Made by a program: the position numbers and the translations under genes. Below are positions 34,680 through 47,300 of a DNA stretch of 64,000 nucleotides, one piece after another. The stretch covers positions 1 to 64,000 of the forward strand of contig CDPCPM010000793.1 of assembly GCA_976551045.1 (NCBI GenBank), read 5' to 3'. The stretch's first letter is position 1. Every line of letters starts with the position of its first letter. Below the pieces are notes generated by a model. That model was given only the letters and a program-made list of their open reading frames with translations, did no database searches and was not told the origin of the DNA. The DNA is from Glaucostegus cemiculus. Taxonomy: Eukaryota.

Positions 34680-35787
34680 CTGCCAAGCGTAGGGCCGACA
34701 TTCGCTGGAACTCGGGCTCCTGCAGCCACTTCCACATGCGCCTGAAGGTCTCCCGGCCCGACTTGAGCTTACTCCAAGGTTTCGGGTTCCTCAGTAAGTC
34801 GGACAGGGTGCCCTGCGAGCGGCACAGCACCCGTTGCGCGAAGATCGCTTGCGGGATGCTGTAACGCTTGAGCTCGGTGGTGATCCTCTGCGCTACCTCC
34901 TTGGTGTTGATCTCCTCCAGCTGGCTCGACCCGCCGCCGCCTCCTCCTCCGCCGCCGCCACCTCCTCCTCCTCCGCCGCCGCCTGCCTGCGACCCGTTGG
35001 AGGAAGGGGGCGGCTGCTCGCCCCTGGCCGAGCCCAGGACCTGCCCGTGGCCCTGTGCGTGCGGGTGCACGTGGGGGTGGTGGTGCAGACCGTTGATGGG
35101 CACCATGCCCACCGAGGGAGGGCTGAGCCCCCGGCTGAGGTGCTGCTCCGCTCGGCCTAACATGCCCGGGTGGCCCTCGAAGCCGTTCGGGGTCAGCATC
35201 TTGTCAGCGGGCATGGGTCCAGCGTGCCCGTAAGGTGTCAGACCGTGCTGGGAGTTGTGGATGGTGCCCAGGCCGTTGGTGAGAGGGGAGCCGGAGAGCG
35301 GGGAGAGGCTCTGAGCCATGCCGCTCATATCCTTGTGATAGTGGCTGTACAGATTGTTCATTGAAGTCAAACCTCTCTCGTCCCTCATCAAGGTGAAGCT
35401 GCCGCTCACGTTGCCGGCCAGCCGCTGGTGGTGATGGTGGTGGTGGTGAGGGAACTTGTCGGACACGGTAGAGATGGGAGGCAGCGGCTGCAGAGGGGTC
35501 AGCGTGGTGTACGTACTGCTCATGCCCGGCACCGTCTCACAAGCCATGGTCATGGTCGGGTGCAGCGGGGCGGCCAGTGCGTGGTCCGGCGGCCGGTGGT
35601 AGTCTCCGGGACCGTCCAGGATCGAAGCCATGCTGGACACCATGGAGCGAGCGTGCACCGGCAGATTCCGATGGCCGATCGAGCGGCTGTGCGGGCTGGG
35701 GCTACTCAGCAGGTCGCCCGGCTGCACCGGTTCATGGGGCACCCCATGCAAATCGCCCAGGTTCTCCATCGTTAGCTGAGCATTCAT
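34680..35787 (-). CDS. ONECUT1: ONECUT1/HNF6 coding exon 1 (N-terminal region, STP box, poly-His, poly-Gly, CUT domain)
   Basis: Begins MNAQLTME in Kozak-like ccaaccATG. Contains TYTTLTPLQPLPPISTVSDKF, His7 and the CUT domain EEINTKEVAQRITTELKRYSIPQ...LSDLL...RMSALRLA. Ends at donor G|GTAAGC (intron starts 34679). RITTELK and the N-terminus match paralog 1 rather than ONECUT2/3. Confidence 0.97.
34930..34983 (-). repeat. Imperfect GGN triplet repeat encoding Gly18
   Basis: 54 nt of mixed GGC/GGA/GGT/GGG codons immediately before SSQLEEINTK. Confidence 0.95.
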
Positions 35788-36289
35788 GGTTGGCGCACGG
35801 TTTTACACCGGACATCTATCTGGCGTGTCCCTGGGAGAGCTTCACATCAAGGTGGTCACTTGCTCTTTGCATTTCATTCATTCATTTATTACTCCCGATT
35901 AGGTCTATTGTTTCCCTCACCAGCCCCAAGACTTTTGCCCCCACTTTCTTCTCTTTCTTGCTTTGCTGTAAGGCTCCCCTTTCCCGTCCCTCCCTCCCTC
36001 CCACCAATTCTAATTATTTTTTGGCTGGTAAATTTGTTGCTTAGAACGCCCGTAGCCGCGGTGCCAGCCCGCTCCGGTCCCTCGCCGCCTCTGCAGCCAT
36101 ATCTTCACTGTGTGTGTTTGGTCCACACTTCGCTTGTCTTTGGCCCCCCGAGCCGTCGCTGCCGCTGCTGCAACCCTCCCCCATCCTCCACCCCCCCTCC
36201 CTTCCAAGTACACCCCCCCCTTCTCTCTCCCACCACCACCACCACCACCCCTCCCCTCCCCTCCCCAACCACTCTCTCTCCTGCCTTCT

Positions 36290-36500
36290 GCCGCCAGCAG
36301 TGCGCACTCACCGTCTGCGCACTCCTCTGCAAGCCGCCCTGACGTCGGGCAGCCAATTGGAGATTGGCGTTTCCTTCCGGGTTCCCCATGTCAACACAAA
36401 ATCCAGAGAAAGAGCCGGAGAGGAGAGGAGAGGGGAGGGGAGGGGAGGAGAGGGGAGGGGGGGTGGAATCAAATCAAATCACAGCCTCCTGTTTAAGGCA
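36290..36500 (-). promoter_or_regulatory. ONECUT1 proximal promoter (TATA-less; CRE-like plus CCAAT boxes)
   Basis: TGACGTCG at 36340-36347, CCAAT/ATTGG at 36353-36360 and 36363-36367, two TGCGCACTC at 36301 and 36316, polypurine tract 36415-36465. TSS position is inferred only. Confidence 0.6.
36415..36465 (+). repeat. (GGAGA/GGGGA)n polypurine low-complexity tract
   Basis: ggagaggagaggagaggggaggggaggggaggagaggggagggggggtgg. Confidence 0.85.
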
Positions 36501-39500
36501 GCGCCGGCTCCAAGCTGCACATTGCACCGGTTTCTCTGCCCCTCCTCCCTCTCACAAACACACATTGCATCCAACAGCAAATTCTCCATCTAACACTCCG
36601 GGTGCATTTCCCCCCATATTCATTTTATTCAATGCACTTTATTGTTAGCGTGCCTCATTATTACATTAGATACAGAATGCAGACTGCTTCACTAGAAATG
36701 CATTAAAACTGACCCGATATTGTTAGGCAGCCCGAGCTATTTTAGAAAGGGCATCGCGCCGCACGAAGACAGCTCCAAACTGAAGGTTATCCCTGTCCAG
36801 ATCCACTCCCTTCTCAAATCCACGACCGTTAATTCCACGTTTGCAACCGGGGTAAAATATCACTGAAACCAGTTTGTTTTGCTGTTGTTCCTTGGGGAAC
36901 ATTAGGTTGATGTAATGTTCCACTGCACCTCGGCCGAAGATGTAAATCGGACCCTGGCCCGTCTCCTTGCTTGAGGTCGAGTGGGTTTCAAAACATAAAG
37001 AAAAACCAAATCCCCGGGTTCCCATCTCACTGAGGCAAGGCACCGAGGCGAACATGTCGGCTGGATATTCCGGCAAAATGAAGCAGGTGTAAAGTGCAGT
37101 CAAAAACTGGTTGCAACATGTTTAGCTAAATTTGTATAATATATGTTTGATCAATAAACTGAGCTTGGATAGGCCAACAAAAGGTGATGATGTAGAATTA
37201 ATTAACCACACAAGTCACTTCTGACGACCACAGTGCAACAAAATTGGCAAACAAATTAAATGGAAGAGAAAAGAAATTCCAAGCCACCAATCTATTTTTA
37301 GGTCAGTAATAGTTTTCTCGTAATGGACTGGATTCCCCTTAAAACTCTAAGGTTAACGCTTGCCGGATAAACAATTAAAACGCAGAAGTGCTGAAATGTG
37401 TTAAAGACAAAGGGTTTTATTTCTAAAAGGGACGCAGCACGACACATGCCACTGTTGCTGTTTTAAGCGCTGGTCCGATAAGGTGCTAAGCAAAAACGGG
37501 ACAGATGTGCCCATTGTTCTACGATTAACAATAACGGATGAGGCCAGACAAGTGTTTGGAAAATGTGGCCCTGTTCTCGCAGGCGAACCGCGGGAGGGAC
37601 GGAATTATGACATAATAGATTATGATATTTGACTGAATTCGTACAGATCTACACGAAATTGGTCAAATTGATTGGGTGGGAGAGAATCGAATGATGAATA
37701 TAAACAGGGCAAGTGTCGAATTACGTATCAGAATTCTCATATATATATAATATTAATACACATATATGTATGTGTGAGCAGGAATCAATCATTCGGTCTT
37801 ATATTTCAGGAAAATGAAATTACTATGATGGCAATTATGACATGCCAAAATGCGATTAGCCAAGAAAACATCAATAGCAAACAGATGAAAAGAATTTAAA
37901 ACAGATCATTGCAACAGCAACCTTACTATTATCTGTTTAATCAAGCCCCACTTAGCATTAAGATGGATACATTACATCAGTTATATCATTAAGCCATTAT
38001 CTTAGCAGAAGCGTTAAACAGCATTTGCTTCCAGTAGTTATTTGCAATATATATTTGGCAACAATGAAATAATCACTGTTAAGACAACCATTACTTGTTA
38101 AGCTATTGTCATGCTTCAAATATTCATCAGCAGTTTTATCAATTAATAACTTATATTCTGATTATTGATTACGTTAATTCAGCGGAATCTCAGTCAATGC
38201 AATAGATTAGGTGGGATAAATAGATGGACGAACGAACCTTTATATAACCCCATCAATACAATTTCATGGAAATATTAGGATCCAAAATTAATTTGCTTCT
38301 GCGTTGACATTACCACAGATTGGTTTATTTTGGACTTGCACACGTGTAGAGCTTTTGTTTTGTATTTCTGAAGTTCGACTTGTAGTTGAACTACCACGAA
38401 CCACATGAAAGTTAAACAAGAGAACCAATTGGAGAATAGCAATTTTTTGTAACACTGGATTGCAACAAAACCTGATTATAAACCCATTTTGTTGATGTCC
38501 CATTCTTAAACTAAAGCTGCCCAATGTGCCTGCGTGTGTGCGTGAATATTAATGGTCCTGATGCATTGCGGTCAATGTTTGTGTATTTGTTGGGGGCGAG
38601 CGAGGGGTGGGGGTGGGTGGAAGAGAATGAGGAGAAATTGCACATTTGAAATCAAAAAGGTAGTGGCTAGGATCTAAAGGTCGGCATTAGTTAATCCAAC
38701 AAAACGTTGAAAAGACTGTTATGGGTAAATTTAGCAGCATCTTGAGCAGGCGTCTTCTCGCCCTTCTTTTATGGTGCTTGTAGTGGTCAGTTGCTGAAGG
38801 TCTGTCTTGATTGAAAAGGGACATGTCAAAGGTGACGCTTCAAGACTCCAAGAGCCAACAGCTGCCGTTTCAACAGATTAACCGGAGACTTTTTTGTACT
38901 TTCGCCTGTTGAGCTTCTTGGACCTACTTGGTCATAAGAAAACACACATCTGTCAGTCCAAAAAATATAAGAAATACCCGGTGGATGTTAGAGGGGGAAT
39001 GGGAAAGTTAAATAATGCAGCTGTTCCTTAACAACTGCTATTTCTCCACAATAATCATGCACTAAAAAATTAAACTTGCAAAATACAACTTTTCTACGTA
39101 TTGACGTTTTCCCATTAACGCTCTCTCGCTGAACAAGGCTGAATGTGAACGAGTACAGGAAATACGTGCTCCTAGAGTTAGCAGGAAGATAATTAGCAGG
39201 AATGGTAAATCCTTGGAAGTTTTGAGCCACCGTTTCACACCGTTTCAAATGTGCGTGTTATTCTCCTGAAAACATAATAAGTTTAGGCTGGGATCTGACT
39301 TTAGCCTCACCAGTCTGCAAGCACACAGTCCTGCCGCCCAGAGTTGGAAATATTTTGGATTTCAGTTAACTACCTCACTGTGATCAGTATCAGTGTAAAC
39401 GCGATTTATTTTGAAACTACACAGGAACCTTAAATTGCCCACTGTCTCGACGCAAGGCCGAAGCTGACATCAGATTTGGTAATTGTGTTGCAAGTGATAT

Positions 39501-42500
39501 CTTCATAACGCAAACACTCATTGACCTTACTTAGATTTCCACTGTTCAGCCTCAAACTTCATTATACCGATGGCGGTGCAAATAGTTTTAATGAACATTA
39601 AGGCATGTTCCCCTCATAGCAAAGCAGAGGCCGGTCCTCACACTAAAACTGCATCTGTTCATATTCTCATACTGGTCGATATTTTTCATTCACACTCACA
39701 TCTCAGCGGCTTGTAAAGGGAAAATTAGACTTTTGTTGAGATTCACTCAAGCAAATCTTATTCGTGTTAGAACGCGAGTTTGTCGCATATGTTTTGTGAC
39801 TGAATTAAAATGTAAAATGGTCGTGACCTGATGGCACTTCGGTACACTCAAAAAAGCCCGACCGCTAAGCCAGCAGACACGAAGAATAGGATTAGAAAAA
39901 AGGCACGTGGCAATTAATTTGGCGGAGATTAATTGGTATAAATACCGATGTTATTAATATGAAATGAAACATACACATGGATTGGGAGGACTCGACTTCC
40001 TCGATTTTGTAGGCAATTTAGTTTAGATTAATTTTACGCGATTAGCAATTGTTACATTATTATACCGCTTTCATTTTATATTTTATTGTCGAACTATAAT
40101 ATAAATATTCGTTATTTCAATACGGTCAAAAGTTAAATACACCCTTTGCTGGAACTTCCAAAAAAATGTATTTAATTTTAATTTGGGCTTTTTACTCTTT
40201 ATTTAAAGCAATTTCGTAAGTGTGATGTGTTTGTTGGTAGATCTGTAAAGGCTTGTGAGATTTATTAAAATTCACAATTATATTTTCTTCCAGATTACGT
40301 TGTTCACTAGGTTGACGCAAGTAACAAGTATTTTATCTTTATTTCTGTTTTCAATTCCATTTAAACGACTCTGCTTACAAAAATCATTGCCAGAATGAAG
40401 AGTTGAATTATTATGTTTAATTACCTGGGGAAGTAGGGTGGTGATGGCGATGTGGTGGTGAGGGGGAGGAAGTGGAACTTACACATTAATGTATTATTGT
40501 CACAATTCGGTCATTGGGGCTATGAAGCACCCTACTAGTGCACCAACGTTAGGGAGAGAGCCTACAAACAAATATGGAAAGGCGTCGTTCACATTTCACT
40601 TGGAAATAGGTATAAAAAGAATACATGGTATAATTATCCAGGTAAATCAGTTATTGACTACGCAGTAATGGTTCCCAAACATCACTAATACAGGCTCCAT
40701 CTCAACAGAAGTTATTGCACTTGCTCTTCTACATTATCTCCCCTTATTTCGCATTTTATGAACTATTTGCTAAGCAAGCAGAGTTGTTCCCATTAAATAT
40801 TTACACTCTAATGTCTTCTTGTTTCAAATTATTAATTAGGCGCCTTTGGTCATTTTAAGTTGAAATGGAGAGTCTGCGAGGCTTTAAATATGATTTCAAA
40901 TTATTACAGCCTTCTATAATGCGAAAATTATTCCATGTCTTGCATGTCAGAGATTAACAGCTTTAAGGATCAATAATGTGAAATTCGCGAACTGGAAGCC
41001 TGCAAATGACAGCATTATTGATAGCAGGCATGTAAATTACTTCATACTGTAAAATAAATAAGAATGTAAAGCCACAATCATCGGGATTAAAACTGGCAAA
41101 TTGCTGTATATCTGCCGCAACAACACTGGAAACATGGCAGAAATTGTTAGAATAACGACTAATTGTAACCAGTGAGGATTTCAAGTGACCCTTTCTGCAT
41201 AGAAATCAATGCAAAAGCGTCAAAAGACGGATCCATTTTCTTCGTAATCTTAAAACTTACTTTAATGTCAACTTACTATCAACTTGCTATTTCGGTTGAG
41301 GTACACTTAAGCAACAATCAGCTTCAACATAAAGTTGTATTTTCATTTTACTTCACTGCGATTAACCAAAGATTTATCTTTTCTGTCATTTTGATACCAC
41401 ACAGTAAAACTAAACGCTATTACCTGATGAATATGCCTATACTTACCATGTTATTAAAGGTAATCAGTATTGTTCCAAAAACGTATTGCAATCCATTCAG
41501 GATAATATTTGATATCGCCTTTCACTTTGATCATGTGCTCTTAACGCCATCCCGTTTCTGTTCAATTTATGCTTTGAAAATAAATTGTCGATAAAACACT
41601 GTAGCTATTCAGTCAATATCACCTTGCATTTTTTGAAAAAATTAATAGAGCTACTGATAATATTCATGTTCAACCAAGACCTAGTTTTCTAAAATTGCTT
41701 TTTCATACTCGAAAGATAGTTTCAATTGAATTCAACTTTTAATTTCTTTCGTGATTCCTGTAACTTTTTAATGTTTAAATTGTAAAAATGTTGTGAATTG
41801 AGATCGCTCAATTTTTGGAAAGAAACATCAATTTCCGGAAGAGGTTGAATGGAGGAAATTTAAATTAGGCAGCGATTTTGCTGATAATTCCAAGTCAGTC
41901 GTTCGAAAAGAATTCGGCGGGGCAGGGGCTCTCCTGTTTAATCCAACTGGTGCAATTGCAGAAGTATTTTACACACATTTAAACGAAAAACCACAAAGAT
42001 GTTCGTCATTTTCAGAAAACTAATTAATTTAATGCAAAACAAGAAATTCAGTTAACAGTGCAAAGTTTAAATCTACTGGGGTTTTAAAAAAGTGTGGAAG
42101 TTAGGAAACAAAATCTCCACGGAAGCTCAGACTAGAGAATATAAAATCATGTTGATTAATGAATGTTATACACCCAAGTTGGTCTAATGCGCCAAATATG
42201 AGAGAGCAAAACGATTATCCTGTTTCTGCTATGTTTAATATACAGGTCCACGTACACTGAGATTATCCAAAGTCTCATACAATGTATTTTAAACGACTCT
42301 ACCCCCCTAGCAATGGAGGAATTCAAGGCTGGGTGTGTGCTGATACAGGTACAAAATGTGTTACTGGATAACCACAGGTGAAGTTTGCTTTACTTAGGGG
42401 GGAAAAAAAAGCTAAAAATAAACACTTCGCTACCAACTGCCAGACATTCTCCCAGAAATCCTTTACCAAATTCCACAAATTAATAATTTCGACGGTTCTA

Positions 42501-45500
42501 AAAGTTGAGGAATATTTCACAGAATCCCAAAGGAAACGAAGCTAGCAGTGACAGGAAAAGGGGTTGCCTAATTTTGAAAATAATAATTCGGGTGAAACAC
42601 CCCCAGCGTTGGAAAGGCACGAGCACAAAAAGTCTGTTCACCTTTCCTATTGTTGCTGGGATGACATTCTTGCTCAGAGAGCTTTGAGAAAGACGAATAC
42701 ACTTGTAAGAACAGCAACTGCTAATTCTTGTAAAAACGTCTAAATGTTCAATGTAGATCCCGGTTGGGACGGGGAAGGATTCTTGAACATTCAAGTTTCC
42801 GATATTAATAATCCCAGTCGTAACTGATGAGTAAATACATTCCGGGAGGGGTGGCTGTGAGTCTTTCGGGTCAGTTCGTTCTACCTGATGCACCATATGA
42901 TCAAGCCAGGTGCCAAACCGAGCACAATGGAACTGACAAAACTCCCATAAAGAGCAAATTGAATTATTTAACGCCACGTGAAATCATTACTTTTAAAAGA
43001 AGCGATCAAAAAGGTGGTGTAAATTATGTACTAATTCACTATGGGAAAGCAACGGTGGAAGTAACCCACACAGGAATAAAACGCAAATGGCGAGATATCA
43101 AAACGATTTGAAAAAAATGCGACTAAAACTTCTGTTCCCTGTAACTCTCCAGAGGCAACAATTCGTGTCTGATTATGATTTCCAGCGCTGAGTTTCAGAA
43201 TTACAAACTGCTGTCTCATAATCGTTCTCAAAACTGAAGGGGCTAATTAATTCGGGCCGACGTCGGCACAGGTTGAAAAGCTGTGCTAGTTTTCAAACAC
43301 AGTTGTAATAAGTCAATAGCACGGGCAAACTCTCAGTTTAAATGACAACACAAACAAAACCGAAACACTCGGTCCTGTCATATCCAACAAAAGGATCATC
43401 TACACTTGCAGTTAAGCGATTGTCAATGTTTAAAATGCACAATGAAGACCAGAGAGGGCGGGACCCAAGCATTGTTCAATTAAACAAACGAGGAAGAGTC
43501 ATTTAACTTGAAATTTCAGGCATAATACAGATTAATGAATGGCGTGTGTACATGTGTGTGGATTTAAAAGCAGGGGATGAGCGTGTACAGCCATTGGTCA
43601 GAAGCCCCCCTGCTCTGCGTACTCAGTTAAATAACATCCTCCTACCCCATTCCCCACCGTCTAAAAAGACGAAGGTCGGCAAGCCCGTGACAATTAAATG
43701 GCCTATTAACAACAGCAGCAACTGATAGGTTAAAGCAGAAGAGGAACATTAACTCTTATCTAATTCAAAGCAGGACCACATGCAGAAAGTTAACAAGAGG
43801 TGCTTCTGAGCCTTTGCTTCTGTAACTCAAGCCCTGATAAGTTTGCGTTAAATTGGTCCACGCAAGCTGCATTTCACAGAACTACAATATCCATTGCATT
43901 CATCCCAATGGTCTTGTTGTAAATATAAACACAACAAATATGGCTGTTACAGTAGCTGGCCTATTAGTTATTATTGCACTACTTATCAAGACCTTTCAAT
44001 GAAACTATGTGCACGTTTAAAACAGGATAGCGTTTCAAAGAGATGGTTCCACGTCAATCAATTTGTAATTATCAATCTGAGGGCCTTTGCGGGTTTACCG
44101 CACAGACGTAGTAAAGAATGTGCAGCGAGAACAAAATCGAAAACACGACTCCTCAATCAATAAATGGGACTAAGACAGTTCAGCTTTTTCACACTGTTGC
44201 GCAAAGCAATTCAATTATATTTGAAATGCTTTAGTCACAACACATGTTCAGTGATTACTGGATATTCATTTATCCATGTGCAATGTAATTTATACCATAA
44301 TAAACCAAATTTCCATAAAGAATTGGCGTCATTATATTGAAAAATCTCTTTTCATGTGTTGCTTCGCCACTTGATCGTTGAGTGCCGCGCTCTCAGCCAA
44401 TGCAGAGCAGCTCTCATTTCACCCGCACTTAATGGGCAGACATGGAGGAGAACTCCTCCTTGTGTCCTGTAACCGCCCTTGTCAAATTAGGAAACAGAAC
44501 TTTGCAATAATAACGTCAACTACTGCTCAAATGACAAAGAGAATAGCAACGTTATTCTTTTGCAACTCAGTCTGAAACATGATTTTGAATCGAGAAATGT
44601 ATCCAATTAGCGTTATATTTTGTACAGGGAAATCAATCATGAAAAAAAATATCTTGTGAATTACCACACCCACTAGTAACTAATTAAATAAGATATTGTG
44701 AAATTTGGAAACAGCTAAACATCGAACCTCGACATTGATGAAGTTGTTACCTTTAACACTGCAATAGCAAATTGGTATCTCATTCCCATCTTAATCCACA
44801 ATCTTTATTCTACAACTATGACCATCACTCCCAGGTACTATAAAAGAAAGCAATTAAAACACACTCTTAAGGGAATACAGTAAGTTGTCTGAGACAAATG
44901 TCTGAAAAAGAACATTCCAGATTGCAAAACATTGTTCCTAAATGAGGACAACAGACACATCGCCAATGTTAGCATAAACCTAATGACTGAAGGTCAGAAC
45001 GAAAACAAAGCTTCACCGGTCGTGGTAGAGGAACTAACAGGCTTTTCATTAGAACCTACTTCTAAAACAACATTGGAAGTAAGTGTGGGCAGTTCTTTAT
45101 ACATGCGGAGTTTACAATTCAGACAATTTACTGAATGTGTTAATTATACCATGTATAATACCAAAAGGCAGGAGGCGAGGTCTTTATATACTGTTTCAAT
45201 TACAAATATGCCCCACTTTAAAAAAAATAAAAGCGCACCTATGTTTATATATAATGGCTCACATGTAACTATTGAGCCACTGCAAAAATGTACTTTGAAT
45301 CATTACATGGATGATCCACTCCACGAAACTCATTATATCTGATCGTGGGTTCACACACATTATATTTTAATGTCTTTTTGCCAAGAAACAGAACGAAGAT
45401 ATATAACAAAACAGCGCTTTGCGAATTGTGCATGCAATCTGAGGACGTGGTATCAGTATGACTGGAAACTATTCCTCCGTCAAATTTTATACGCTTAAAT

Positions 45501-45839
45501 CAGTGTTTGGTTTTGGAACAGTTAAGTGCAGATAATATTCTGTCTTGTTCAAATTTACATGAGAAGTCCTTCAGCTGGTTTGCTCATCTCGGTTCAAAAG
45601 AAGGTCCAGTTTTGTACATTTTAAGAACGTATTATTAAACTGTCACATAATTGAGATTTATCCACTTTAAATAAACTAAATTATTATTGTTTAACGATCA
45701 AGAAATATGAACAAGACATCACGGAAACTACACGTTATGTACGGCCATCAAGCCATCACAGATATGCTTCATCAAACGCATTGTAATTTGTATGCCAGTG
45801 TGCTGTCAAATTCTCTGAAATATATATGAAATATTACAA

Positions 45840-47300
45840 GCTGCGATCTGTCACGTCACTTCCTGTTTTTAACCATTCAGGAAAGTTTGCAATAGTCTGT
45901 TTCTGCAGCTCTTGCAGCTCGGAACAGAGTTAATGAATGACATCCCCTGAAGCATGTCAAGCGGGATCTTAGTTGCTTAATCCTTCTCGTACAGTCACCG
46001 TCACCAGCCGACCTGTTCTCCCGTCTCTGCAAGACTTCTGCTTATTTCTCTAAAGTCACAATTACAAATCTCCAATTTCACACTTGATCTCGGACGCATA
46101 TACAAATTGTGTTTAGTATTTTTGTTGGCAAGTTGCATTGAAAATCTCCCAACGTCATCCACCCCTCCTCCCACCGTCGTTCTTTTGCAATTCCAACCCA
46201 TTCCCAGATCACATCAAAACATATTCTCAGTTCAACACTCTCCCCCCCCCCCCCCCCCACCCCCAACCCACCCCGCCCGGATGTTGACATCTATTTGCAA
46301 GGGTTGAATGCGACGCCCTTTCTCCCTAACGCAAGTGTGATGCTGCAGGTCTTTACCGCGCCCGTGACACATGCCCCAGCCCTCGCCGGAGTGAGCGGCG
46401 GCTCTACCATGCCAAACCCAGCGGGGTGCCACATGTAACTGGGATGCACGTACACCCCTTGGACCTATTTGCAATTCTGACTTGAACTATACTTACCGAA
46501 ATCCGTGCTAAAGGCATGTTTGCAGCTGTTTCGTGGCATGTTGCGCCTTTGTAAACATCCACGGATAACCAAATGTCGGATGTGCCCCAAGGAAACATAG
46601 ATCTGCATAATTTCAACTGGAAGCTCTCCTGCTCAGTTCCAGGGCCTTTTTTTGGGGGTGGGGGCGGGTTTGGTGGGGAGGGGGTGTTCGGGGTACGGGT
46701 GCGGGCTTGCTGCTTAACATACGAAAGTTTATCAGCTTATCCGGGGAGTCGCCCACAGCAGCCGGAGAGCCAGACCGTTCGGTCCCGGGGCCGGGGATCT
46801 TCATTCTCCTCTGGCCCGTCCTTTGGACCTCAGGAGAAAGACCAAAGGCCCCCCTGCCCTCTCTCCCCACCCCCCGCCGTCCCATCCTATATTTCGCCCT
46901 CTTGCTTTCGAAACAGTCGCCGGAAATAATAAAATATATATATATGTTTTAAAAAGGATAAAACAAAATAAAGCCGTTCTAGCCTTCCTCCTTGTCCGTG
47001 GGGTGAAGCAGCTCGTTTCGGTCAGTATATCCTCGCAATGTCAGTTGCATTTGAATAGCTCTGGCTTGTTATGTACCTCGATGGCTATGAAAGGGAATCA
47101 GTATGCAAATTGTTTCAGTTACAATCGAAAGGTTCGATCTGAGGTAGCTCGCTAACGGAAGCTGATGTCAGCTCTCCCTGGATTAGTCGAGATCTATCTG
47201 CCCAGTGAAGTAGGGTTTTAAATTCTTGTTAATTAAAAAAAAACAGTTTGCAACACCACGACTCCCCCCCACCCCCTCTCTCTCCCACAACCCCTCCAAT
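45840..47300. promoter_or_regulatory. Second GC/CpG-rich island ~10 kb upstream of ONECUT1
   Basis: GC-rich with many CpG, C-run at ~46242-46258, G-rich tract 46654-46705, ETS/CRE-like GTCACGTCACTTCCTG at 45850-45865. No credible ORF. Confidence 0.55.

Larger units (their letters stand above)
34480..36560. other. CpG island over ONECUT1 promoter and exon 1
   Basis: GC-rich and CpG-dense by inspection. Confidence 0.8.

Noticed and set aside
34610-36650. Many overlapping + strand ORFs (poly-Pro, poly-Ala, poly-His, poly-Thr)
   Set aside because: Antisense or alternate frames of GC-rich exon 1 and low-complexity promoter DNA.
37466-37491. Possible second, non-canonical RE1 (minus TTAGCACC-ttatc-GGACCAGCGC)
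   Set aside because: Mismatch in the left half, insertion in the right half and an atypical spacer; not supportable without ChIP data.
41172-45342. ORFs of 136-159 aa upstream (41172, 42498, 44932)
   Set aside because: Non-ATG starts, composition typical of random AT-rich DNA, no recognisable domains.
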